In this document: positions 32,688 through 46,687 of the stretch, one piece after another | Numbering within the stretch: position 1 is the first letter of the stretch | How the letters are laid out: each line of letters opens with the position of its first letter | Source of the DNA: Eledone cirrhosa | Lineage: Eukaryota | Direction of reading: 5' to 3' | Length of the DNA: 64,000 bases | Assembly (NCBI GenBank): GCA_964016885.1 | Contig: OZ024742.1 | Span: forward strand, 362,142,001 to 362,206,000 | Notes under the pieces: model-generated | The model's input: the letters and a program-made list of their open reading frames with translations, nothing else | Told to the model about the DNA's origin: nothing | Databases searched by the model: none | Program-made: the position numbers and the translations under genes

Positions 32688-33103
32688 GTTGTGAACTAAA
32701 CAGCGGATGTACGAGGGCAATCCCAAAATTAAGGTCTCCTTCCGATATTGCAACTTTTCAGAACATCGATCTGTAGCGCGCCCATAGCCTTTTATCCATA
32801 TGCAGCCGACTTATGCGTCATGATTATCTTTGTATATCTTTGTAAACATGACTTTGTAAATGTATATATTACGTTATACATTACATTTGAAGACAAGTAC
32901 ACACTTCAAATCTATTTATTTCCATGTATTTATATTTGTATTGAATAACAAGATACGTATTATGATTGGATAGAAATGATGTCTATAGGAGTTGATCTGT
33001 TGTATTTGTTTACACATAACTTCTATCTGAAATAAATCACGTACCATCTCTATATAATAAAGTATTTAAAAGTTGTCTATTGTCGTTACTCTTTGAAAAA
33101 CCA

Positions 33104-33234
<131 letters not shown>

Positions 33235-33521
33235 ATTATATGTTTATACATATATATATATACATATTTTTATATATTTATCTATATATATACAAATGTT
33301 TATACATATATATATATATATATATGACAATTACCACCTGAACTGTCTATTTCAGTGTGGAACAAACTTGCAATTAATCAGTATCCCATTTGGAATGGAA
33401 AACAATAAAAACTACACAAAAACAAATAACAAACAAATGACAACGCCATGTAAAGTCAATAACACATTTGATATAAAGCAGAATTGCTAAATAATATATT
33501 TATCAATTAATTATATACATA

Positions 33522-34093
<572 letters not shown>

Positions 34094-34512
34094 ACACCCT
34101 CTCAATTTCAGCTTTTGTCTTGTTCTTCATTTTAAAAGTATACACCTGTGCCGATTAGGTTGTTGTTGTTGTTTTTATTGTTGTTCTTGCTGTTCTTGTT
34201 CTTGTTGCTGCTGTTTTTGTAGCCGTCACCGCCATCGTTGTTGTAGTTACTGTTGTATTTTCTGATGTTGTTGTTGCAAATGATACTGTTGTTGCTGCTG
34301 TTGTTGTTATTAATATTATTATACTGTGGAAAATGGCGGCTGATGGTGTTTAAAATCGTATTTGTTTTGCCTTAATATTTATATATAGTTTTCATACAAA
34401 AACACGCACGCACATAAACACACAGAGACACAGACACATACACACATACACACACATACACACACGCATACACACACATACACACACGCATACATACACA
34501 CACAAACACACA

Positions 34513-34605
<93 letters not shown>

Positions 34606-35318
34606 TTTATATACACAACTATAGACACGCAATTATAGAAACCTGGTAAGAGTGAAATAAACAATGCCACAATATACAGACAGGCGTACACCTCTACAGC
34701 CTACCACACAAACTCAACGTACACACAAACGCACACACATATATACACACATGAAAATGGTAATTGCCAGCTGAACATATCATTATAATGTTTAAGAAAC
34801 CGCTAATAAACAATACCTCATTTCAAAAGAAAACCCAAATTAAATTTAAACATATATAAAGTAATATTTCTAAATAACATGTTTGCTAATTAATTATACA
34901 CACACACACACATACACACACACAACTATATATATATATATATATCAACTCTTATAATATATATATTATCACTATATAAATTCTAGTTTTCAATCAATCT
35001 TGTAATCTGGAAATACATACGTGTCATGCTTTAAAGTACAGGAGGCTCACATCCCACGTGGTCAATATGTTTATAGCTAAAACTTCTAAATGAGGGTAAG
35101 ACACTTCAAGAAACCATTTATTTTAATGGTTAAATGTATTCGCCTGCTATATGACAGATGTGCAGTTCGATTCAAATAGATATTTCTGTTCAGTTTAAAC
35201 CTCTCTACAGCTAATTCACTTTACCTAGATTATTCGATTTTTATTTATTGTGGCAGCCTTTCCAAGGCCCAAACGTATTTCAAAACTTCTCCATTGCTTC
35301 CTAAATGAAACAATAATG

Positions 35319-35360
<42 letters not shown>

Positions 35361-35363
<3 letters not shown>

Positions 35364-36378
35364 GTGGTTACACAACAGTTAGTTCACCATACCGAGAACA
35401 ATTGTTTCACCTTAGCAGATCCTCAGCTCGTAATGGACATTGTTATACGGAACAGGAAGGACAACCGTACGAACGCGCATGCGCAGAAACCAGCTCTTCG
35501 CGCAGGCAATACTAAAAAGCGTGCGAGAGGTGTAAGGGAGATAACTGCGAAAGTCCGAAAAGTTTCTAGTTGATAAGAAAATGAGGATGTTGTGGCGATT
35601 CAATCCGGAGCTTTGTAGTTATGTAAGAGGTGTTTCGAGACGTGTGGACAACGTATGAAGAATTCATACCTCGTGTTTAGGCAATCACTATTGCACAATC
35701 TCTTTAGAATATTTATTCGTTCATCAATACATAGTCCACAAGACGGATTTCCCCTTGCGTATGGCTTGGACTTAGTAATGGCTTTCCATTGAATGGAGTA
35801 GTCTATACTTGAGTCCTTGAGGGACCATACGTGGCTCGCGAGTTTCGTGGATGAATGTCTGTCCGGGTACCTAAAGGTCGACTGGTGGTTCAGAAAGCGT
35901 TCCTTAAATCGGCCCTCCGCCATACCCACATAGGATTTGACCTCCTGTGGTTGATTTGGTCGATTGGAAGTGACCACAGCTTCATAAATTACAGCGGGTG
36001 TGTTGCATTGCTGTTGAAGGGGATAAGCTTCTATAACACGGCGTTAGCTAACAGCGGCTTCTCACAACCTATCACTTACTCTCCCACTATCAACAACAGC
36101 AATAAGAAAAGAAAGCGTAACAATAGACAAACTATCTGGTTCTCTCCTATCTTCTCACTCAACGTTAAAACCAATGAAGGCAAAACATTTCTAGCCCTCT
36201 TAGATAGACACTTTACCATAGGTCATATATACCGCTCCATCTTTAACCGGCACAAAGTAAATCTAGGATACTCCTGCGCTAAGAACATGAATGCCCACAT
36301 CAACAACAGCCCTAAGAACAACACCCCACAAGGGTGCTCTTGCCGTAAGCCCGAAGCTTATCCCCTTCAACAGCAATG
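35361..36378. mobile_element. Penelope-like fragment (family G) with internal inversion: minus arm 35361-36031 (GIY-YIG + 3' end), plus arm 36032-36378 (RT thumb/linker)
   Basis: VIYEAVV..YVGMAE, FKERFLNH, CGLC, CPH on minus; TIWFSPIFS..CSCR on plus; 26-bp overlap 36006-36031 / 36353-36378. Confidence 0.85.
35393..35430 (-). ncRNA. Minimal hammerhead ribozyme (family G) in PLE 3' region
   Basis: CGAG-CTGAGGA-TCTGCTAAGGT-GAAA-CAATTG-TT-CTCG; weak stem II. Confidence 0.7.
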
Positions 36379-37410
36379 TTATGATTACCGTCCGTGTAAC
36401 TTATGCTCGGAGGAAACATTACAAATGATGTTTTCGAAGGACCAACTCCTAAACAAGAAAGACGAACTGGTAACCGCATGCAAACATAGATTGCGTAGGA
36501 CCTACCTCGCCTTCAAACCCCATAACGACCCGGGTGGGTAGACAAGGGCTGATAACCCACACTTGCCGAATAAGTTAGGGAAAACCCCAGCTTACTTAGG
36601 TAGATGTATCTCTTTTCTTTTCCTCTTTGTCTTCTTCCCCTGTCTCATCCTATCACTTCTTTCCACCCCCTATTTTCTTCCTCGTCTGCTTTTCCCCTTT
36701 CGCCTACCCCGATGCAGCCTATCGGGCCTCTGTAGCATCAGTTCCCCGACCCCTGTAATTTTAAGATAGAATTTGCCGAATACGTTCTACTAACTACTTA
36801 TAGCAGATGTGATAAAACCCCTTTAATTTTGTATCAGTTTTGTTACTACTCATTCTACAAGTTTTTTCTATTCTCAACTTATTAACCTGTAATTGTAAGA
36901 TAGCATTGTAATTTTTTAAAATTCATTTCTCACTATCTAATTTTATATATTTTTTTATTTCTTTCTATTATCTTTTATTGTCTTCTACTCTCATTCGATT
37001 TACCTATTCTATAACCTCCCTCCTCCACTTCATACACTATCCTTAGAATCTGCTGTATACATATCACCTTCAACGCTTGACCGCTCCACTCACTCCCCTA
37101 TTGTTCTACAGGCAAGTTCAGCCACCCCTACCTCCCACCAAATGCCATGATAGACTTATTTGTGTTTACAAAAAATGTTAACCAATCCTCTTGACAACTA
37201 CAATCTTCCCATATAAGGAAGTACCCCCTTGACAAGTTCGACTATTTATTCACCAGGCTAAAAATTCTAATTTAGTCCAGAAATAGCCGTCGAAACGGCT
37301 TGCGCTCTGCCGGCGGGGTCATACTTTTTCCTATTTCCAACTCTACTACCCTAAGTATTGAATACTCTGGTGCGTTACGGTCCATCTGGTTCCTTACCAC
37401 AATTCCTTTG

Positions 37411-37412
<2 letters not shown>
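36379..37412 (+). mobile_element. 3' fragment of a different PLE (EN C-terminus CNLCSEE..LLNKKDELVTACKH + 3' UTR)
   Basis: Protein similarity to the other PLE C-termini; terminal ~130 bp recur at 45690-45823. Confidence 0.7.
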
Positions 37413-37441
<29 letters not shown>

Positions 37442-37444
<3 letters not shown>

Positions 37445-39710
37445 GGAAAGTTATATTTAAATTGTTGGGTTAACAACGAGTAAATATTTATAACTGATAT
37501 AAAAGCACTCAACAAGTATTTGGAGTATATTTATGATATTAAATAAATGGAAACTATATTTATAAAACCATATTTATTTCATTATATATATTTCAGGGAT
37601 ATCATATTAACAATATGTTATGCCTTCTTCAGACAAAATACAATATAAACAGTCTTATAAATAAATAGATACGACATACCTTTCAATCGACTTGCATTTG
37701 GGAAGTTGATTTGGCAGTAAAAATATTATGGACAGTTGTAAAAAGAAAGAGAGAAAGAAAGAAAGAAAAACGAAGAAAAAGAAGAAATGCATGTGACTAA
37801 ATAGAGAGATATAGAAAGATAGATAAAGAGAAGAACTTCATGCAAAGAAACAGAGAGAGAGGAAAAAAGAAAGAGATAGACAGAGATAGATAGAGAAACT
37901 AGGTAGTTGAGCATCAGTTGATACATTTATTTATTTATTTATTTATTTATTCACTCAGCCCCAGCATTAATGCAAAGAAAGATGCATGTAGCCAAGAGAG
38001 AAAATAGCCGTCACATAGAGAGAAAAAAGAGAAAATGAAAAATGAAAAATAACCAGACACAAGCGAGGCAGAGTTTAAAAAACGCCATGTTTCATCATTT
38101 AGAAAATATTAGTTCGTATAAAACAGGCACCACAATGTAAACACCAGCACTCATGAATGAGACATGTATCCACAATGTGTGAAAAGCAATGATCCCATGT
38201 CTAGTTTTTAAAAATTCATATGTTTATATCATAACTATAAACAAACTCCTATTTCACACGAAAACATTCTCACTGTGCTATAAAAACTCAAGTATACATA
38301 TATGTGTGTATATATACACATATATATAGAGTCTACATCAACCATAACAATACTATTCTTGTCCTTACTCTACATGATTATCGATCAAGCAGAAACAGAG
38401 AACAGATTTCAACATACCAACAAAAACATCAGAAACAAGAAAATAAATAAACAGAAAACTAAAACATTTAATATTAAAAATAAAAATATCACAAAATATT
38501 AAAAAATAATAAAAATAAAACACAGTATGCCACGCAAATCGACCACAACGATCAGCCTTTCAAAGTTAATTGACAACACATTGCCAAGTTCATCATAAGC
38601 ATCAGAGTCAAAACAGACAAAACAAAAATTATTTACCAAATCCTGTCTAGCAGAAATCACCCCAAAAGTTTAGGATACCCATTTGGTCCACATATGTTCC
38701 CACATTCAATATAGAAGTTTATCTAGTGTAAAACTTAATTCGATACACTTGGAGCATCAGCCTTTAGGGCAGTTTAACCATTCATGAAGAATGTTTTAAT
38801 AAAAAGAAGAAATCGAAAGATTTATCGGCTAGTTTCATAAACAACTACAAATCAAATCAAACACACCACATTCCAAATCTAAATTTATATTTAAACGTTG
38901 AGCTCAATCCATGTCTGCAGCAACTGAATAAATCTGTCCGTAGATTAAGGGGATTTTTAGATTTTAGTATAAAGAATATCTCCTCCGCACAGAGGTCACA
39001 TGTCTCAGAGGATGAATTAAAAGGAATCCCTCTTGAAACTATATTCCAAGTCGTCGAATATCTAACGCTATCATGCCTAAGTTGCCAGAGTACGCCTGAT
39101 AGTGCTGTTGAAGATTTTCTGGATGGATCTGTGAAAGAACCCCTGTGGTTGCTAAGCGAAGTTTAAATTCCGTCGATGTGGAACCAACGTAGTTAAAAGA
39201 ATTAACGTCCGTTCCAACACCACAGTTGACGGCTATTTTCTCTCTTGGCTACATGCATCTTTCTTTGCATTAATGCTGGGGCTGAGTGAATAAATAAATA
39301 AATAAATAAATGTATCAACTGATGCTCAACTACCTAGTTTCTCTATCTATCTCTGTCTATCTCTTTCTTTTTTCCTCTCTCTATATCTCTCTCTCTGTTT
39401 CTTTGCATGAAGTTCTTCTCTTTATCTATCTTTCTATATCTCTCTATTTAGTCACATGCATTTCTTCTTTTTCTTCGTTTTTCTTTCTTTCTTTCTCTCT
39501 TTCTTTTTACAACTGTCCATAATATTTTTACTGCCAAATCAACTTCCCAAATGCAAGTCGATTGAAAGGTATGTCGTATCTATTTATTTATAAGACTGTT
39601 TATATTGTATTTTGTCTGAAGAAGGCATAACATATTGTTAATATGATATCCCTGAAATATATATAATGAAATAAATATGGTTTTATAAATATAGTTTCCA
39701 TTTATTTAAT

Positions 39711-39716
<6 letters not shown>
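37442..39716 (-). mobile_element. 5'-truncated Penelope-like element (GIY-YIG remnant ~38880-39210) with ~480-bp inverted copy of its 3' region (37532-38013 / 39227-39716)
   Basis: Manual translation NYVGSTSTEFKLR..STALSGVLW..CDLCAEE..LNLRTDLFSCCRH; HHR in both inverted repeats. Confidence 0.83.
39608..39673 (+). ncRNA. Type I hammerhead ribozyme (family M); inverted copy at 37575-37640 (-)
   Basis: TATTTTGT-CTGAAGA-AGG..CCT-GAAA-TATATA-TA-ATGAAATA. Confidence 0.82.
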
Positions 39717-39770
<54 letters not shown>

Positions 39771-39773
<3 letters not shown>

Positions 39774-40286
39774 TAAAACATGTCTATAGAATCACAAGAT
39801 AAAATATATACTATTTCCTCTCCCAATTAGCATAATTAACTATATAAAAAATCGAATAGACCAGGCTATACGAACGAGGCTTCTATGAAGGAATCTCCGA
39901 CAAATAACCAAAACTAGCGCTTCGCGTCGGCCGTAGCGGAATATTTATCGAATATTTCGACAGCGTAATCGCCTAGATATGGTCAACTAAACAGAATTAG
40001 GTTTAAAATAAACTAGGAGAAAATAGAATACATTTAAAACCTCTACCATGGTTTCGTCCGTGTTTTGAGTTTTCCTATAATTATGTAATAATTATATAAA
40101 CTCGAGCGCCGGATTCTTCAGGAAGCTCGCTCATATCTAGACATTAAATCTTCCAAAGCGATCGCGCCAAGAATTCATTTCAAAACGGCTAAAAATCGTG
40201 ACGTAGTCGCAGTCAAGTTGGAAGGGGTGTGGTAGTTGCTTACGACTGGTGGCATTTTTGCTAGAAAGCACAGCACAATACAGCCA
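39771..40286. mobile_element. Non-coding repeat related to 1390-1985, with family A hammerhead on minus strand (40039-40126)
   Basis: Shared start CATAAAACATGTCTATAGAATCAC; GCTTC-CTGAAGA-ATCCG..CGGAC-GAAA-CCATGG-TA-GAGGT on minus. Confidence 0.8.
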
Positions 40287-40297
40287 TATATATATAT

Positions 40298-40998
40298 TAA
40301 AGCAGCGCGGAGCATACGCGTGTATGCCCCGTCTAGCTTTTTCTCAAGTTTCGACGTTAGCGTCCAAGTGATAGAGACATAAACAAGCACAGATTCCACA
40401 GCAGCTCTGAAGAAATTCTTTTTCAGTTTGGCCGGCAGGTTTGATTTCCATATATTTTCCATGGCATTCAATGCTCCCCAGGCTTTTCCCAGTCTGATGT
40501 TAACATCATGTTCTGTGGAGGCGATATAGCTACCTAGGTATTTCAAGTCGTCAACTTGCTTGATTGTATCGCCGTTTAGACTTCGCATACCAACTGAGGA
40601 GTCTTGGTTCAGGCAAATATATTCTGTTTTGCCTGCGTTGACATAGTGATGTTGCATTCTTAAGGTAGTCAGCTGCTTTAAACGTGTCTTGGAGAGAAGA
40701 CCCTACAAATAAGGATCTCTATGGCAATATGCCACCTATCAGCAGGTCAATACGTGGACAGAGACTCAGATTTGCTGGCCACTGTTGGCGCAGCAAGGAA
40801 GAAATAGCAGGTGATGTGTTGTTATGGAGTCCATCTCATGGAGCAAGAAACGCTGGTCGTCCCAAGAAGACATACGTCAAGCAACTTGAGGACGATACTG
40901 GATGCACTGCGGAAGAACTGGCAAACGCTATGAGAGACAGAGATGGATGGAGGAAACGTGTCGTAGAAAGCCTAGCAAGCTCGACTTGATGATGATGA
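40298..40998. mobile_element. RTE-clade LINE fragment with 5' inversion (same family as 14969-16126)
   Basis: Minus arm 40298-40672 (RT thumb), plus arm 40671-40998 (C-terminus + (TGA)n tail). Confidence 0.9.
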
Positions 40999-41121
40999 TA
41001 TATATTTATCAATATAACAGATTAAAGTTTAAGCATATTTGCTCTACGGTTCTTATATATTTGATATATATTTATCCTTATCGAGCCCTCTTTGGATTTT
41101 AGTCTTCAAATTTATTATTAA

Positions 41122-41203
<82 letters not shown>

Positions 41204-41747
41204 CATACTCTGTGAGGAAGGCCATATCATGATTTCAAAATAGCTTGCAACAATTCAGATTTGATATAAACTCAAAGTGAAAATTAATAACACTATATGG
41301 AGCCCAGAGAAGACATTTCGATGTTTTTCCTCTTAAATTTAAAATCTCGGCACAATTACCACTATAATATGGTCTACGTTCGACAATTAATTTCTAAATT
41401 TACTGTCGAAATGATGCATGCTAAAGATATTACAATTTAGTATCTTAAAAATGACACTAATTAATTAGACGAATGACGTCACCAGTATAAGTATTGGAAA
41501 ATAAGGAAGATATATATTGTTATCTAAGTAAGTGTTAAGAGAATTGGTGCTAAAACAAATAGGATCTGAAATAGAGTTGTCAGCGTATATAAAGATATAA
41601 ATATGACAAGTGGATTATACTGAGGAACTATGATGCAAATTACACTGATATATTAAAACAATTACCAGATACATTCAACACTCACCAAGTGCTTATATAT
41701 TCATTATCATCACTATCACATTTATCTGACGTTCAATCCTGCTCTAA

Positions 41748-42644
41748 TCTATATATATAAAACTGTGGTTGTCTGTCTGTCTATCGATTTTTGGCACACA
41801 TCTCCTCTTAGAATCTCTCACGGAATTGCACCGAAATTGCTATACTTGTACATTGAGCCCTAGCGAAGACATCGGAAAAAAAAATTTCAAATTGACCCAC
41901 CCTATGTGACGAAATCGAATATAATGTATCGATTTTTGAGCGTAAGTTATCAGTTATTTCCCTTTGTTCTGTTTACATTGAGCGTCTTACGTAAAAAATT
42001 ACGCTGGCTTTAACAGTTGTCGAGCCAGCAAAATATTGACCTGCAAAATTCATCAGTTCGAACACTAAGCTTCCGTTTTGCTTCATTTCCATTTAAAAGC
42101 ATTTTAAAACAATATTTTTACTTGAAAACAAGTCTATTTAAAGACTACGTAAAACAAGCAAATATTTCGTCGTTAGGCGTGCAGACAGACAGTCGTGCAG
42201 AGAGGTGATATAGGCGTGCAGACAGACAGTCGTGCAGAGAGGTGATATAGGCGTGCAGACAGACAGTCGTGCAGAGAGGTGATATAGGCGTGCAGACAGA
42301 CAGTCGTGCAGAGAGGTGATATAGGCGTGCAGACAGACATAACTGATAATTTGGTTACGCTAATGTTTTTCTCTGCGTTGCAGTGTTTACATTTTCGATC
42401 TTTGTTAATAAATAACCAGTGCAGTTTCTATCCCCAGCATCCTCTTTTGTTATAACATTCGGGTTATCGTTATGTTTTCTTAACTTCATAAGGCATATTG
42501 TTGGTTGAGGGAATATTAATCAAAAACACAACATGCAAGTCTGCACAGTAGACACTACAGTTTTTAAGCCAAGAAAGAAACTTAACATTGTAACTTTAAC
42601 ACAGCTACTGAGCGACCCCGAGCAACGCCGGGCTTTACTGCTAG
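41748..42644 (+). mobile_element. Non-autonomous Helitron, copy 1
   Basis: A|TCTATATATATAAA 5' end; subterminal hairpin CCCGAGCAACGCCGGG; 3' CTAG|T; no TSD. Confidence 0.85.
42174..42339 (+). repeat. 37-bp minisatellite (~4.5 copies) inside the Helitron
   Basis: TAGGCGTGCAGACAGACAGTCGTGCAGAGAGGTGATA at 42174, 42211, 42248, 42285, 42322. Confidence 0.93.
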
Positions 42645-43435
42645 TCTATATATATAAAACTGAGGTTGTCTGTCTGTCTATCGATTTTTGGCACACATCT
42701 CCTCTTAGAATCTCTCACGGAATTGCACCGAAATTGCTATACTTGTACATTGAGCCCTAGCGAAGACATCGGAAAAAAATATTTCAAATTGACCCGCCCT
42801 ATCTGACGAAATCGAATATAATGTATCGATTTTTGAGCGTAAGTGATCAGTTATTTCCCTTTGTTCTGTTTACATTCAGCGTAGCGTCTTACGTTCTCTT
42901 TACATTTTCTGCGTGCAAAAATAAAAAAAATGATTTCCCTTTGTTCTGTTTACATTCAGCGTAGCGTCTTACGTTCTGTTTACATTTTCTGCGTGCAAAA
43001 ATTAAAAAAATTACGCTGGCAAAAATTAAAAAAAAGTAAATCTTTAGTAGAGTGAATTGGAATCTCCAATTTGTTTAATAGCTTCATTTGCACTGTACTG
43101 CCTTTGTATGCTACAACGCTTTAAAAGTTCGGCGAGTTCATACTTCGTAAGTTATTGATATTTATTTTTTTATTACGACGGTTAGCAAACTTTCCCTATT
43201 AAACGTTTAAATTAATTTTACGGTCTTATAAGGCTGAATTTACTTTAATTCGGGTTATCGTTATGTTTTCTTAACTTCATAAGGCATATTGTTGGTTGAG
43301 GGAATATTAATCAAAAACACCACATGCAAGTCTGCACAGTAGACACTACAGTTTTTAAGCCAAAAAAGAAACTTAACATTGTAACTTTAACACAGCTACT
43401 GAGCGACCCCGAGCAACGCCGGGCTTTACTGCTAG
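42645..43435 (+). mobile_element. Non-autonomous Helitron, copy 2 (same termini, different interior)
   Basis: TC start immediately after the CTAG of copy 1; same hairpin and CTAG|T end; internal ~80-bp duplication. Confidence 0.85.
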
Positions 43436-43639
43436 TTATCAATAAAATTAATTTCAATTACACACACAGAAATGGAATGCTATGGAATGGATATCCGTCG
43501 CGTTCAACGATGATTATTACAGTTGTACGATCAAGGAGAAAACCTGCTCGTGAAAGTAACGATCACGTGGTTGTACATTTCTCGCATGTGTGCATCTTTA
43601 ATATTGTTCTCAGGGAGATTCAGCATGATACAGCTCATC

Positions 43640-43790
43640 CGATTTCTACCCAATTTCACTCACAACATATAGCCTCACTCATGGCTATGGAAGCATGATA
43701 CTTGCCTAAGATTCCATGCTGTGCGATCGAAACCAGGACCTAATGATTTCGAAGGGAAATCCTTAATTATTCGACCATGCTGCCTCCATA
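43640..43790 (-). mobile_element. Degenerate tRNA-derived SINE
   Basis: Minus strand A-box-like TGGTCGAATAATTAAG, B-box-like GGTTTCGATC, then CTTAGGCAAGT core-like motif. Confidence 0.55.
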
Positions 43791-43864
43791 ACTCTGCTAC
43801 CCCCAACCTCCCATATGGATACAAACAAACATACGAAAGAGATATATATATACTGTTCCACAGT

Positions 43865-44080
43865 GGAGCCGAGTGGCCAAGTGGTAAGGTGTTGGACAAA
43901 CGATCCTAATGCAGTGGGTTGTTTGTTCTGTGTTGTGTTCTTGAGCAAAACACTTCATTTCACATTGCTCCTGTATACTCAGCTGAAACTGTGTACAAGC
44001 AATAGCTGGGGAGATTTAAACCCGCAATGGACTGGCGTCCTGTCCAGAGGTAGTCATGTGTTGTCAAGCACCGGCCTATA
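43865..44080 (+). mobile_element. Degenerate tRNA-derived SINE
   Basis: A-box TGGCCAAGTGG, then GTGTTCTTGAGCAAAACACTT (CORE/Meta-domain-like). Confidence 0.65.
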
Positions 44081-44632
44081 GAACCTCCTGACACGAGACA
44101 GATTTCAGAGACGTAGATAACAAACAGACATAATCAATCGGTGCCAACATCATCCCGACGTCGTCCATAACTAAATACCTGGATTTGACTGACCCTTCCC
44201 TTTTTCTATCCGTTAGCATCAAAACTTCCGGTCTTCAGGGTTAAGAAATGCCGTTTGCATTCGCCAAACTCTGAAGGAGATCATCTCGCATTAAATGGAG
44301 CTCCACGAGTATTTCTGATGTAGAGTCTATAGTTTTTTGTTTCCGTGGTAATGTTTTCTCCGTGTTTACTGATTGTAGATGAGATATACTGTCTAGACAA
44401 GAGTCTGATTACTAAACTCTTATATTCTATATATTTCTTCTCCCCCTCATATTCGTTTTTATCTCTCTTCCTGTTTGTATATGAAGTAGTTCCTTACATT
44501 CGGTAGCGATGTCAACACACTGTAAACATTAATCTTAGATCAACTGACTGTACAGGAAATATCGGATACAAAAATACATAAATAAACAGACACAGAGAAA
44601 CACATGCACGGACACATACATGCTCCTCCTCG

Positions 44633-44634
<2 letters not shown>

Positions 44635-44664
<30 letters not shown>

Positions 44665-44965
44665 CTTCTTCTTCTTCTTCTTCTTCTTCTTCTTCTTCTT
44701 CTTCTTCTTCTTCTTCTTCTTCTTCTTTGCCCTCTTACTCCTAAGAGGGTCGTGTGGGAAGAGTCCTCAAACTCTCACCCGTCTTCAACTGTTCCGGTTG
44801 GATCCCGAAGCGAGACAAGTCAAGCTTATGGATGTTATCCAACCATCTTCCTCGGCTCTACCCCTAGGTCTCCTGCCGGTTGGTTTCACCCGTAAAATCT
44901 GTCAAGCGATTCGTTCCTGAAACATTCAAACCACATGTCCATAGTATCAGATCCCTCAATTCGAG
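44635..44965 (-). mobile_element. Degenerate RTE-like 3' fragment with (GAA)n tail
   Basis: Minus translation YYGHVV..ERIA..KPTGRRPRGR; (CTT)n at 44635-44726. Confidence 0.6.
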
Positions 44966-45058
44966 ACAGACACTCCGAATATCTAGGAAGATATATAGAC
45001 GGAATAAAATGAATATTTAAACTCTACTACGATATTGAGTAACATTTCTCTGAGCCAC

Positions 45059-45126
<68 letters not shown>

Positions 45127-45194
45127 ATGTATCCATACATATTCATATATATATGTGATATATATATATATATACGAGTATATATGTATATATA

Positions 45195-45500
45195 TATTAA
45201 TAAAAATAATGAATAAAAACAAAGAACAAGTTCCTTATAATAAAATTCATCATTTTACGATCGTTTCTAGGATGTATATGTGTGTTGGTATGTATATCAT
45301 ATAGATCTATGTAAAAATATTCAGAAATTATCTTTTCTGAAGACAGCATATATATATGTGATGGTATGTATATTTCCTCTGATAGTTTGTAATATTTTTA
45401 CATAGATCTATATGATATACATACCAACACACATATATATCCTAGAAACGATCGTAAAATGATGAATTTTTAATATAAGGAATTTGTTCTTTGTTTTTAT
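45195..45500 (+). mobile_element. PLE terminal fragment (family F) with HHR at 45330-45463 and upstream partial inverted copy
   Basis: CTGAAGA-CAG..long stem..CTA-GAAA-CGATCG-TA-AAATGAT; homologous to 12080-12275. Confidence 0.75.
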
Positions 45501-46687
45501 TCATTGTTTTTATTAATTTATCTTTACTCTGTCTTCCTATGATTTTCATCAACAATTTTTGAATGCATCTTCTCTTTTCATAATATTTGGAGTTCTTCAT
45601 ACGGATTGGACACTACCGCATATTTTGGTAGATTTATCTACACATATATATCTGTATATATATATATAAATAGGAAAAGTGTCAGGACTCCGATGGCTGT
45701 CGAAACGGCCGGAGCTCAGCCGTCGGGGTCCTGACACTTTTCCTATTACCCACTCTACTACCCTAAGTATCGAGTACTCTGGTGCGTTAAGGTCCAGCTG
45801 GTTTCTTGTCACATTTTCTTTGTTCTACACACACACACACATATATATGTATATATAGATATATACATACATATATCCTTATACCGAAAGAAGACGATAT
45901 ACAATATTACAACAGAAAATGGAAGACAAATGGAGTTTTAGGTTATTATGAAGCTGCGGTAAACTGTAAATATGTTAACACGAAGGAACTTTTCAGTATG
46001 TTGAACAACGGAAGAGCATATTATGAATATCTGACATGTTATAAATCTTCTCGTTAAATTTGTAAGATGTGACCATCCGTTTAATAGGGAGCTATCACCC
46101 GGTTATAATACATTAAAATAAATGTATTTAAATGTCTGTCTGCTTTTAGTGAACATTTCAGCTAATTTGTTTAAATGATTATTGGGGTCTATAAAAATAT
46201 TTGGCGCTAGTAAAATATCCTCTCGTGCCCGGGTTTATTAATACCTACAATAAATATAATTACGTGAATTCACTATATTTCCAAACGATTGCTCTTATAA
46301 ATGCTGACAGTGCTCAGTTGATCCTGTAGCATTGATCCACGCTCAACATGCTTCCATTAACACAATCCAAAGAGCGTTCAAGCCGAGTCTCATATCAATG
46401 ATGAGCAGATAAGGTGGAATAGATAAATAAACAAGCCAATTGAAAATCTAACGGCCTATAATTTATAAACCTCTGAAAATATTTGAAAAGATGTGCCCTT
46501 GTAAAAGAAATTGCAGCTACGTAGGTGTAAAACTATGAACTACATTATAACACTTATATACAGATTTACATACATCCATTCACATTCATATGGGAGTAGA
46601 TAAGGCATTAGTGACGGTGCGTAGCTTAGTAAATAGTGTGGGGTATTCACGATAATACATAGAGTTCATCCCAGAAACCAATATTAA

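Noticed and set aside
32173-32740. Mariner-like TIR ends CCCTCGTA / TACGAGGG
   Set aside because: Only 8 bp, facing outward, with no transposase or matching partner
43865-43940. tRNA gene
   Set aside because: Only an A-box-like head, no cloverleaf, followed by a SINE body
44620-44895. Poly-Leu signal-peptide ORF
   Set aside because: Translation of the (CTT)n tail and the antisense strand of an RTE fragment
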